Of a DNA stretch of 64,000 bases, positions 40,447 to 50,800 are shown piece by piece. The stretch comes from Candidatus Omnitrophota bacterium (lineage in GTDB: Bacteria > Omnitrophota > Gorgyraeia > B26-G9 > JBDRCZ01). The position numbers and the translations under genes are program-made. How positions within the stretch are numbered: position 1 is the stretch's first letter; the number at the start of each line of letters is the position of its first letter. Location of the stretch: NCBI GenBank assembly GCA_043821285.1, contig JBDRCZ010000017.1:15947-79946 (forward strand), in the 5' to 3' direction. The notes beneath the pieces are model-generated. The model was not told where the DNA came from, made no database searches, and saw nothing but the letters and a program-made list of their open reading frames with translations.

Positions 40447-43400
40447 AAATTGCCCGTTCAATTTCAAACAAATCTGCTATCTCTCTCTTCTCCAGTTTTG
40501 TATCTGATCCATTTATGCCTACCCTATAGCCAGTGTGTCTTTCTTGGGGAGCAACTATTAGAGAATAAAGAGCGTGTAGTAACAGCATATCAGAATCAGA
40601 AATATGAGGGTCTATATTTTTTGCTTCTAATATTGATTCATCATCGCTTATTATTTCTTGTATAATTGTTTTTACTATATCTCTATCTTCAGCTCTGCAT
40701 TTTTCATGAATTGCATTCAGACATTGTTCAAAAAATGGTCTGAGCATCATAAGCTGAACATTATCTTCTTGTGTATATGCATTGGCAACTGCTTTTGTAA
40801 CTGTTTCTAAAACAGTTTGCCGGTAATCTGGTCTTACCGTATAGATATTATCAAAAAAGATAAAAGTCCCGGCTGCGGCTTGTGGCATTATTGTCTTGTT
40901 TAGTATCTCATTAATAACATTTCGAGGAAAATATACTAAAATACTTAATAATTTATCTATTGTAGTATTACTTGGGGTTAAACCTTGCTGCTGGATCAAC
41001 TCTTGATATTTTCTTCCTATGATTCTATGCATAGATTCAAGACTTCTTCTATTTGCATTTATCATTAAATTATTTCCTTTAACTGCTGTAACTAAGTCCG
41101 TTAATTCGCTTCGTATCATTTCTCGTTCTTTCTCAAATACATCCGTATCTTCGTTCCTCTGAGATATAAATAACCCTAAAAATTCAAGTTCTAATGCTTT
41201 TTTAAAGGCATCTTCCGAAGTAAATGCGTTTAATCTAACAGTAATATTTTCTAACAACATTAGCTCAAAGCTGGTACCTTGACGAAAAATATGTTTTAGA
41301 AATTTTTCTGCATTAGTAAATTCGGGTGAAAAGATGATTTCTCCACTGACACCATCTACTGTTTTCTCCATCACTTCATTTATCAAATTACCTACTGAAT
41401 CTAAGTTGTGAAACTCGTTTAATCTATTTTCATCTTGTATAACAGCTCTTAAATAAACCTCCATTCTTAAAAGGTAATCAGCCAAAAAAACACCATCAAT
41501 TGCAAAACGTATATTTTCATTCGTATCTTGAGTTCTTGCAGTCAAGGCTTGATAAAGAAAATCATCTATATCGGTCAACATTCTATAAAAGATTTCCATT
41601 GCTGTTTCCTTATCCTGTTTTAGAGCAAGTTCGAGGACATTATTAACATTTGAAAAATCTCGTGAAATATACTCCTTAATTACATCACATAACGCATTGA
41701 ACAGTGGTTTTTTATCACGACGGTAAATAGCAAAACTTAGCCTAATAAATGCTGCTAATATCTCATGGGAATTAAATCCTGAATTTATTAAATAACTTTG
41801 CTCCTTTTCTATATAGATTGGTATAATTTTAGAAACGTCATATCCCGCAATAACTGTGTAAGCAACTGCAGCAAAAATAAGATTATGTGTTTCTGCATCA
41901 TGTTTAGGAATGTTTATTCGTTGTAAGATTTCTCCTAATACTTCTCCTGCCTCAGTAGTTCTCTCCTCTTTTCCTTCAATCTGCGCTTTTATTTTATTAG
42001 TAAAAAATTCAAAAACAAAATCAGGTTCTGCCTTAAGATACGCTTCTATTGTTTCCCAATCTGCTGCTAATAAATTACGCAGTTTTTGGATTTTATCTTG
42101 AACCACGATTAAGTTATTTCGTAGATTGCTTATTTTTTTCTGATTTTTTCTCGTTTGTTTTTGCTCTTTGTTTATGGTTTGCTGAATAGTTCTTTCATTG
42201 CTTTGGCGACGATTAAGTGCCTGCGTCCTTGTAATAACTCCTTCTAAGAGGATTGTTACTTCAGAGAGTTTTTCTCTACGCGCTTTTACTGCCGGGGGCA
42301 TATCTAAAAGTAGAGGTTCCCTTGTTGTCACTGGAGCCTGCCATGCTGGAAGTTCTTCAGATGCTACTTGCATAGCAGCAGCGCCTTGAAGGACCTGAGG
42401 ATATAATGAATGTTTTTGCATTGGGTCTTCAACTAACATAAGCTCACAACTTTGAGGCGGTTTGAGAGCATTAATTCTATTTTGGATAACTACTCCCAAT
42501 CCCCAAGCCCATTCTGCTTGACTTTTATATAAATCAACTAAGGCTTCAATATCCTCACTTTCGTTTATAATTGCGGTTATTCTCTCTACCAGAGGAGCCC
42601 GGCTGTTTCTGTTAGGATAGGTATTAAGCATTTGATATAATTCAGGTATATTACTTAAATCATTATAACCGAGTAATCTTTTTCTCAGTACCTCTGCTAT
42701 TACCCCCCTTATTTGCTTACATCCGTAGGTATATTTATTTATAGAATTATCTGTAAGTAAACGAAGCAGGTTTTCGATATCTAAGGAAAACACTTGCCTG
42801 ATAATACCGAAAATAATATATATTTCTACTTCAGAGTGAATTTTTTTACTAAGTAAATTAGCTAATGCAGCAAGTGCCTCGCCCCCCCATTTACTAACCA
42901 TCTCCTGAGCAATAGCTTGAGCTTGTGTTTTGTCATTATTTTCTGCTTGCTGACGTTTAAATCTATCGGAAATTGCGGTTAATCGTTCAATGCCATCTTC
43001 AATCGAAGAAACAGTTAGGTGTATTTCTGATATTTTTCCTTGAGAAGCAATACTATTACTTAATTGTGCGGCTGCTGCTTGCTTTGTTTTCTGGGGTAAC
43101 CTTGGATTTCGTGACCACTCTGAAAGCAAGCGATCATTTACTTCTGCTAATCTTTTTGCAGTGCTTAACGCCTTAATTCTATACCAAAGATAATTATTCC
43201 AGTATTCATCGTCCCATTCTTGGCTTAGATACACATCAACTAAGGCAACAATATCTTGATTATTTTTTATTATATGTTTCATCCTTCTTCTTGCCAGATC
43301 TTTAATGTCTTCGTTCGGACATAATGTTTCATTATTAATAACATAATATAATGCAGAAATACTTGTTACGTTTCGAGGAATGCTAACAGTTTTTATGATA

Positions 43401-46400
43401 ATTATGCTTTTAATCATACCTCTGGTAACTTCAGCTCCTTTAGTTTCTTGCTGATTCATCGCAGTATATAAATAAAATATTTCTGTAACAGACATTGAGT
43501 TAAGACAATTACCAAGTGCCGACATAGTTATTTCTATTGCTTCTTCATTAAGAAGATTCGTATCAATTTGCTCAGCAAATTGTTTAATAATTTCTAAAAA
43601 CTCATCTTTATCCTTTGTGTTATACATTTCTGTTATAATATTTTTAACTTCTTGAGGAGCGGATGCAATAAAGGCTTGTATTTCTTCGGGTGTCTGATAA
43701 TAATCAGCCAACTCTTTCTCCAGCTTTTCTATTTGTGACGCAATTGTCGTATCTAGTTCTGGTTTATTAATTCGCAGCCACTCTATTATTCTTTTTCTTA
43801 CTGTCCGATCTTGGATGCCAATCAATAATCCTAGTACATGCACTACCTCGTTTTCTAAACACATGTATTGTGACAAGATGTCGTTAAGTTCCGTATTCGC
43901 TGCATTGCTAAAGAATAGGTATATAGTACCAGCAATATGTTTTTGTATGCCCGTAAGTCTAAGGATTTTTTCACTCAAAATATTTCTTATGCTCGAACCC
44001 CAGCTTCTTTCTAAATATAATTCTACTGCTGTCTTTAAATTATCACATTCATTAACCAGTTCTCTTATTCTCATCCTTAGCAGTGCCCGGGTTCCTTCAT
44101 GGTACTCTCTATCATTGAGCAAATCTTGCAGTGGTTCGATACTAGCAATGCCTTGATATTCAGCAAGGCGCTGTTTGATCGCTTCTATTAATTGACTACT
44201 ATTGTCCCCATGATTTAACCTACGCAATAGTTCCTCTAAGGTGAGAGTTTTTATGGGGTCAAAATCTGCTAGTAGTTCTGCAAAAGTTACTTGATTATCA
44301 GAAGGCGCTGCAACTTCTCTTGTCGGGGGGGCATCCCTGTTGGTGTCGGCTCTTTGATTAGCGTTTCGCCATGCTGCTCTTAAGGCACGTGTATCTGACT
44401 GTGATGGTGGCTCTGGAAAATGTACCACCTGAGCTGCATTCGACGGAGCTGTTGTTCGTACAAACCTATCTGGAGGGGATAGTGATAGATCGAAAGCAGC
44501 TGCTAGTTTTTCTAATGAGTTTAGAGTCAAAGGGTTATTGTTTCCTGATGGAGGAACTGTATCTTTTGGTAAAGCAACTTCTGCTGTGTCAGTCCCTTCC
44601 TTTTCTGGTTGTCGCAAGTCACCTGATTGTAATGGTACGGTGTATGCTTGAGGGTTATTTTCTTTTTCCCTTTCCCTTTTCCTTTTCTTTCTTGCAATAG
44701 GAGGACTATCTGCTCTATATTGTTTACGTGCTTTCCTTTTCATTAATACAACTTTATCTTCTTCTTCATCATCATCATATTGGTCACTATCATCTATTGC
44801 ATTTATTAACTCCTCTATTATGAGCATTAAAGCAATCCGTATATTTTCTTCTGATAATTCACCCGAACCCTCTTGCATCAATTGCTCAATTTCTTCCTCT
44901 GACAAAGTTAAATCGTTTATAACACCAATGAGCTGTTCAATGATTTGACCATTCTCGTGTGCGCTTTCAATTATATTATCTATAGCATCTTTTAACGCTT
45001 CATGATATGTATCTTCATCAAGTAGTAAATAAGTTTTTACTAAAAAACTAAGATCTATTTCTAAAGCACTATTTCTCGTTGATCTTACGCCGGTACTACC
45101 AAGCAAGCATAGTAAACTAAATCCCCAAGCCAACCCCTTCCAAATAAAAAATGCCAGTGCATCTGGTCTTGCGGCAACAAAGTGTACTACTGGATATAAT
45201 AATCCTTCATGTCGTGCAAGAGAATTTATGATTGTAAATTCGATGTAGTCGATAATAATGAGCATAGCTGATTTAGCACCAGTAACCGCCTTTTTAACTA
45301 ATTCCCAAACATTTGGTATAAATTGTATCTGCGGTTGTATATATAAAGGAAAGGTCATTATTAAGGAAAGACCTAATATAGCGTGTATTGGTAAATGCCC
45401 TAAGTTTACACTAACCGGGATGCCCGTGATATTACTGATTACCTCTAATATAAAAGGTGCAATCAATAATAAAAAGAGGCCATTTATTAATGGATGGGAA
45501 TTCAGGGTAACACTCTTACCAGCATTACTTTCTTGATAAAATTCTCTTACCGCTCTATTTGTTTTTATTAAAGCACGTAAATCAATAATGATATTTCCAT
45601 TTCTATCTTTACGAAGGTCATGTTTATTTTCCTTGTCAGATAAAAATATCTTATCATCTTCTTTCACAATTTTATATTCCACGTTACCAATCCAAATAAT
45701 ATCATTTTCCCTGAAAGTTACTTCTTTCCTTAAAATATCAATGATTAATTCCTTGCTGTTTGCTTCGTTACGCAGAAGAATAGTATTACCAGCTATTGCA
45801 TATTTTGTATTATCTATCATTCTGTCTTGATGCCACCATGCTATTCTGAGTTTGTAACCATCACCCTTTCCCTCAGTTTTTATTTTTTTTAGACCATCTG
45901 TTGGGAAAAATTCTAACCGTTCTCGTAAACGCTGGATTTTAGTATTGTATTGTCTTATATCTAAAATTCGCTTGTTATGAATGTTCTGAATTACAGCTAA
46001 TAACTCGTTGTCCTTAATACTTGCTAATAATGCGCCATAAAAGGCCAGACCTAAGCTATCTACTCTTAAAACTATTCTTTCTATTTCTGTGTGTTTGTTT
46101 TTGTTAAATAGAGTTGTTAAATAATTAGCCAATATCAGTACAAATTCCCCGCCCCACCACTTTATAACCTCAACCAATTGACCAAGAGACTGCGGTGTAA
46201 TATTTTGATGTTCATTCAGGAGATTTTCAATAATTTGTAATACTGCAGAAACTGAATATACACCAAATTGTTCGGCCAAAGCTTTGATTATTGCCAATCT
46301 TTGCGTTTCATCAAAATTATTAAGATTAGCTTCTTTTTCTTTCATCATCTTAATATAATTTTCGGCTGAATCCCAATCTTGAGTAGACTTATTAGTATCC

Positions 46401-47536
46401 CAATACTGTACTGGTTTGCGATACACTGCTTTTGCTGCTACTAATATATTTTTTTCTTTCTCTGTAAGTGCGGTGTCATCATTTGTCCATATCCTAATCA
46501 TTCCGTGTCTTGGTGCTGTTATATAAAATGAAATTTTTGACGCAAGAAACTCTTCCCATTCTTCTGGAGAAGGCACAGTTGATAAATCAGCACGTAAACG
46601 TATAAAACGGTTATAGTTTTTATTTTCGTTATTAATTATGTCTGCCGGAAGCAGCCGCCGGCCAACATGAATTTCTATATTAGAGTTTTCTGGTATTGGT
46701 TGGGTATAACGGCTTCGATCAGGGGTTGAAACATTCCAGTAGTTTTGTGTTGATATACCAAATCTCAAAGATTCGTTATCTATTTTTATGCTCTCGGGAG
46801 CAAAAAACATCATCATAATTGCATGCGCAGGTAAACGTATTGCATCAATCCAGTAGTGAATTCCTTTACGATAACTATACTCAAGGATAATTTTAATACC
46901 ACGTTCAAACAGAACTTTTAATCCGGGTAAAAAGGCAATATTATTAAATACGCTGTTGGTATTTAATCTAAAGACTTCCATATCCCTGGGGACAGTAAGC
47001 ACTATTCGCGGAGACGCACCTTTAATATCTATTTTTCCATAAGTAGTAATTTCACTTTGCAAATCACGCGCCAACCCAAGCAAACTTAGAAAGTCAATTT
47101 CTTTTAGAACCGGGGGTATTCTTTCAACCGTCTCATCATCTGGACAAGGTATTTCTGGAATTTCCCTAATATTTAATTGATTGTTTTTTTTAGAAATTAC
47201 ATAAGAACGTTGTTTACCAGCTGCGCCTGTTGTTACAAACAATACTATCGAACCATCATTCGCAAATCTTTTCTCGCATGCATCAAACTCAAACTTATCT
47301 TTAATATAACTTACGCCAACATGTCCTTCTGCCCAAGTATATGCATCACTTATTTTTTTGTAAAGCATAATATTTTCTGCAAATAGAGGGTCATTTACTT
47401 CCAAAGGCGGGGCAAGATGGGTATGTAGACCTTTTAGATTGCCGCCGGCGGCCCATGAGATGTCTAAGCATAGAAAGGCATTGATTAATATTATGGAAAT
47501 TAGTCTAAAACAAATTGTACGTGTTAAATTATTCAT
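40445..47536 (-). CDS. giant-array member C (2363 aa): leader, TM bundle, basic/acidic low-complexity region, C-terminal module paralogous to member F, EIERAI tail
   Basis: N-term MNNLTRTICFRLISIILINAFLCLDISWAAGGNLKGLHTHLAPPL; RKKRKREREKE basic stretch; ~450-aa alignment with F; C-term ...DLFEIERAI. Confidence 0.7.
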   Translation of the reverse strand: MNNLTRTICFRLISIILINAFLCLDISWAAGGNLKGLHTHLAPPLEVNDPLFAENIMLYKKISDAYTWAEGHVGVSYIKDKFEFDACEKRFANDGSIVLFVTTGAAGKQRSYVISKKNNQLNIREIPEIPCPDDETVERIPPVLKEIDFLSLLGLARDLQSEITTYGKIDIKGASPRIVLTVPRDMEVFRLNTNSVFNNIAFLPGLKVLFERGIKIILEYSYRKGIHYWIDAIRLPAHAIMMMFFAPESIKIDNESLRFGISTQNYWNVSTPDRSRYTQPIPENSNIEIHVGRRLLPADIINNENKNYNRFIRLRADLSTVPSPEEWEEFLASKISFYITAPRHGMIRIWTNDDTALTEKEKNILVAAKAVYRKPVQYWDTNKSTQDWDSAENYIKMMKEKEANLNNFDETQRLAIIKALAEQFGVYSVSAVLQIIENLLNEHQNITPQSLGQLVEVIKWWGGEFVLILANYLTTLFNKNKHTEIERIVLRVDSLGLAFYGALLASIKDNELLAVIQNIHNKRILDIRQYNTKIQRLRERLEFFPTDGLKKIKTEGKGDGYKLRIAWWHQDRMIDNTKYAIAGNTILLRNEANSKELIIDILRKEVTFRENDIIWIGNVEYKIVKEDDKIFLSDKENKHDLRKDRNGNIIIDLRALIKTNRAVREFYQESNAGKSVTLNSHPLINGLFLLLIAPFILEVISNITGIPVSVNLGHLPIHAILGLSLIMTFPLYIQPQIQFIPNVWELVKKAVTGAKSAMLIIIDYIEFTIINSLARHEGLLYPVVHFVAARPDALAFFIWKGLAWGFSLLCLLGSTGVRSTRNSALEIDLSFLVKTYLLLDEDTYHEALKDAIDNIIESAHENGQIIEQLIGVINDLTLSEEEIEQLMQEGSGELSEENIRIALMLIIEELINAIDDSDQYDDDEEEDKVVLMKRKARKQYRADSPPIARKKRKREREKENNPQAYTVPLQSGDLRQPEKEGTDTAEVALPKDTVPPSGNNNPLTLNSLEKLAAAFDLSLSPPDRFVRTTAPSNAAQVVHFPEPPSQSDTRALRAAWRNANQRADTNRDAPPTREVAAPSDNQVTFAELLADFDPIKTLTLEELLRRLNHGDNSSQLIEAIKQRLAEYQGIASIEPLQDLLNDREYHEGTRALLRMRIRELVNECDNLKTAVELYLERSWGSSIRNILSEKILRLTGIQKHIAGTIYLFFSNAANTELNDILSQYMCLENEVVHVLGLLIGIQDRTVRKRIIEWLRINKPELDTTIASQIEKLEKELADYYQTPEEIQAFIASAPQEVKNIITEMYNTKDKDEFLEIIKQFAEQIDTNLLNEEAIEITMSALGNCLNSMSVTEIFYLYTAMNQQETKGAEVTRGMIKSIIIIKTVSIPRNVTSISALYYVINNETLCPNEDIKDLARRRMKHIIKNNQDIVALVDVYLSQEWDDEYWNNYLWYRIKALSTAKRLAEVNDRLLSEWSRNPRLPQKTKQAAAAQLSNSIASQGKISEIHLTVSSIEDGIERLTAISDRFKRQQAENNDKTQAQAIAQEMVSKWGGEALAALANLLSKKIHSEVEIYIIFGIIRQVFSLDIENLLRLLTDNSINKYTYGCKQIRGVIAEVLRKRLLGYNDLSNIPELYQMLNTYPNRNSRAPLVERITAIINESEDIEALVDLYKSQAEWAWGLGVVIQNRINALKPPQSCELMLVEDPMQKHSLYPQVLQGAAAMQVASEELPAWQAPVTTREPLLLDMPPAVKARREKLSEVTILLEGVITRTQALNRRQSNERTIQQTINKEQKQTRKNQKKISNLRNNLIVVQDKIQKLRNLLAADWETIEAYLKAEPDFVFEFFTNKIKAQIEGKEERTTEAGEVLGEILQRINIPKHDAETHNLIFAAVAYTVIAGYDVSKIIPIYIEKEQSYLINSGFNSHEILAAFIRLSFAIYRRDKKPLFNALCDVIKEYISRDFSNVNNVLELALKQDKETAMEIFYRMLTDIDDFLYQALTARTQDTNENIRFAIDGVFLADYLLRMEVYLRAVIQDENRLNEFHNLDSVGNLINEVMEKTVDGVSGEIIFSPEFTNAEKFLKHIFRQGTSFELMLLENITVRLNAFTSEDAFKKALELEFLGLFISQRNEDTDVFEKEREMIRSELTDLVTAVKGNNLMINANRRSLESMHRIIGRKYQELIQQQGLTPSNTTIDKLLSILVYFPRNVINEILNKTIMPQAAAGTFIFFDNIYTVRPDYRQTVLETVTKAVANAYTQEDNVQLMMLRPFFEQCLNAIHEKCRAEDRDIVKTIIQEIISDDESILEAKNIDPHISDSDMLLLHALYSLIVAPQERHTGYRVGINGSDTKLEKREIADLFEIERAI

Positions 47537-47855
47537 ATGTTAATACCCTGTTAGTTAATTCCAAATGTTCTAATTCAAGATTTAAAAATTCCAAGATTCC
47601 AGATTCTAAAATTATAAAATTCCCCGCTACAAGGTCGAAGATCCGCCATCGTATTAGTGAAGAACGCTGGCGAACAGGCAAATTCTCTAACCTTCGGCAA
47701 GTAAAACGTTTTGAATCGTTAAATCTTAAAATATTCAAATTTTGGAATTGTTTGTTTTATTCTTCTGTCTTCTATTCTCTACCTTCTGTTTTCTGCTTTC
47801 AATCAGCTGTATCAGTAAACGGTAAACTGCCTGCCTTCCATTAGGGAGGTAAACT

Positions 47856-47879
47856 AAAAAATTGCCGCAGCAATTTTTT
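47856..47879. terminator. palindromic terminator at 3' end of member D
   Basis: AAAAAATTGCCGCAGCAATTTTTT; adjacent CCTTCCATTAGGGAGG. Confidence 0.5.
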
Positions 47880-50800
47880 AGATTGCTTGTTCTACTGCCA
47901 ACATTTCATTCCACTCTAACTCTGTAAGTGCAGGGGGTTGTTTAGGCATTGTTGTCAATTGTCCTGGGTTATTATCATGAGGATCCAGTCTTTGCTGCTC
48001 TACAATCTTTATTGCTGCTTCAATAATCGCTGCAGTGTCCATCTTATGTGCACGGTATAATATCTCGTGACTTCTTGCGGATTGTCCCCAACCTTGGATT
48101 CCTAACGAAGTTACAGTTGAACCAGTTGTAAGCAGAGATGAAGTTACTACCTTACTTACTGCTCCGCTTAATATTTTTGGAGAAGCGTCTTGAACAGTAA
48201 TTATTGGCACTCCCCGTTCAAGAAGAGGTGGTAAAGCTTCATCGATTAAATCCAATCTGGTCAAATTTATTACTTTTGCGGTAATATCTTGACTTTCCAA
48301 TTGTTCGCTCGCGGCAATTGCAAATTCCACCATTGCTCCGGCAGCAATAATAATAATATCGCTATTTTGTCCGTTTTCTCTTGGATCTTTAATTACATAA
48401 GCACCTTGTTCTGGACTGGGATTTTCTCCTCTATTTAAAACTGGAACATTTTGACGGGTAAGCTGAAGATAAGAAGGTCCTTTACCATCTAATGCCCTGT
48501 GCATAGCAAAATCTACTGCTTCTTCAGCCTCACGGGCATCTGCAGGTATAAAACCAGTCATTTTTTGCAAAAAAGAAATATAGCGAATAACGCCAGCAAC
48601 GATTACTGACTGATGAGTAGAACCGTCTGGCCCAACGCCTAAGCCGGCATGACTTAACGCAACAATTACCGGTAGTTTTGCCCGGGCAATCACAATTATT
48701 TGACTAATCATTCGGTTAGCAAAACAATCAAAGGTTGCGATAACTGGTATCTTACCATATAATGCTAATCCAGCAGCAATTCCTGCCATTGCTTGTTCTC
48801 TTACTCCGGATGGAACGTATCTTCCATTGGTGTTATGACGAGAAAAAATGCCAAAGTCCCTAGCAAACCAATTCAGTCTTGTAGAACTGGCAATGTCCGC
48901 GCAGAAAGCAATAATCTTTTCGACGCGTTTTCCCCAGTCAAGCATCCTGTTACCAAAACCATCACGTGTAGCAAAATTCCTATTTGCTTGGTATCTAATT
49001 TCTGCCGGTGTTTGTAGCATTGTCATTTGAACCGGCTCTGGCTCTTGTGTTTGTTTAATGTTGCTATAAATAAGCAGATTGAATTCCCCAATCTTATAAG
49101 GAACCATTCCATTCAATGCTTCCATAATTGTTGTGGCCATGATGTGTTCATCAAAACCCCGGGTAATAATTAAAACAGGTTTTCCTGTATTATCCTTGTT
49201 TAGCTGTTCAAAGGTTTGACCTAAGATTTCAGCCTGTTCTTGATTATTATTAGCATTGAGCTCAATCACTCTCCAACCATAAGCTTGCCAAATATTAACT
49301 AATTCCGTGTTTGTCTCTGAAGCTTGAAGGACTAAGCAGAGATTATCTATGCCATTGTGTGCGGCGAATCTAGCTGTTTCTGCAAACTGACCTTCTCTTT
49401 CTTCTTTTTCCGTGGCTAAAGCAATAACTCTGCCAGATGCTGTATCCATTTTAGCTCCAAAAGCTATACCTGCGGCCAGAGAAAGACGCATACCCGCAGG
49501 GAATATTTCTTGAGGACTAAAATCTATTTTCATAAGCCCGTCCGTGGGTTTTTCTTTTCCATCAACTAATTCTTTTGCTACTTCTATTATATTTTCAATA
49601 TCCTTGTCACTCATGGACCAAACAACGGAACCTGCGGTTTTAGAAGATGAAGTTACAGTCCTGCTTACCGCATCACCTAAACATACTGGCAATCCATCAT
49701 AAATTGTAAGAATACGGCTTCCTGGCTCAATATACTCTAAGAGCTCACTTCCTGCACCTAATGAGTCTAATTGCGTAACATTTATGATCTTAGTCATCGT
49801 ACCTTGTGATTCTAACTCATTACTGACTTTTATGGTTTGATGAAGACTTTTACCTGAAGAAATAAGAATAACCCTCTTTTTTGCCGTGTCCCACCCTTCA
49901 GATTGACTTATAACATAGGCACCTTGCTCTGGCTGGGGATTTTCTCCTCTATCTATAACCGGAAGATCTGCAGAACTTAAACGAATATAAGAAGCAGTGT
50001 ACTCATCTGGGATATTAAGTGATGTAGGGGCTTTATTTGTTATTTTAGCCAATAATAATGCATTTTTTATTGCCATATCAGTCAACTCATTAGTTTCATT
50101 AGGATCCCCTGGTTCTAACGCAATTACATTATGCATCAGGTCCATAACTCCTGGGGTAAAACTTAACTCTTCAGATTCAGCCGCTAAAATAAACGGTACC
50201 CTTGCCTGAGCATTTATCCTTAATTGGTCTAACATTTTCATCGCATCATTTTCCGGCAGAAAGACAATCGGCAGCATACCCGAATAACCAAACCCAGCAG
50301 CAAAACTGGCTAAGTGCTGTTCTCTATCCTCAACTAAGAAACATCGCTCGATGAGTTTATTTCTTATATCTTCATCAGTAATCTGTGCAATAAATTCATC
50401 AATAAATCTTTGTTTAGAATCGGAATTATTAAAAATAAATACTATCCGTTCATCTTTTTCTGCCCACTGGAGTAGTCTATTTTTAAATGCAACAGATGGA
50501 GAGACTTCCTCATCCTGTGCATAGTTGGTTCTATCTGGTATTGTTGTCGTGTCTGTTTTTTGTAGAGTACTCTCTTTTGATAAATTGTTTTCTTCTTGTT
50601 CTGTCATTTGGTTATCTGAAATAAATCTATCTACATCTGTTGAAAATCCATAAAAATTCATTTGTTGACTAATATTTTCAATTGTGTTTTCTATTTGGGG
50701 GATAGCTTCAGATAGTTCTTTATCATTTAATGCTCTACCGTGAAACGCGGTTGGATCATCTTCCATAAAATCTACGCCTTTACCTTTTTTTGTCTTGGCA

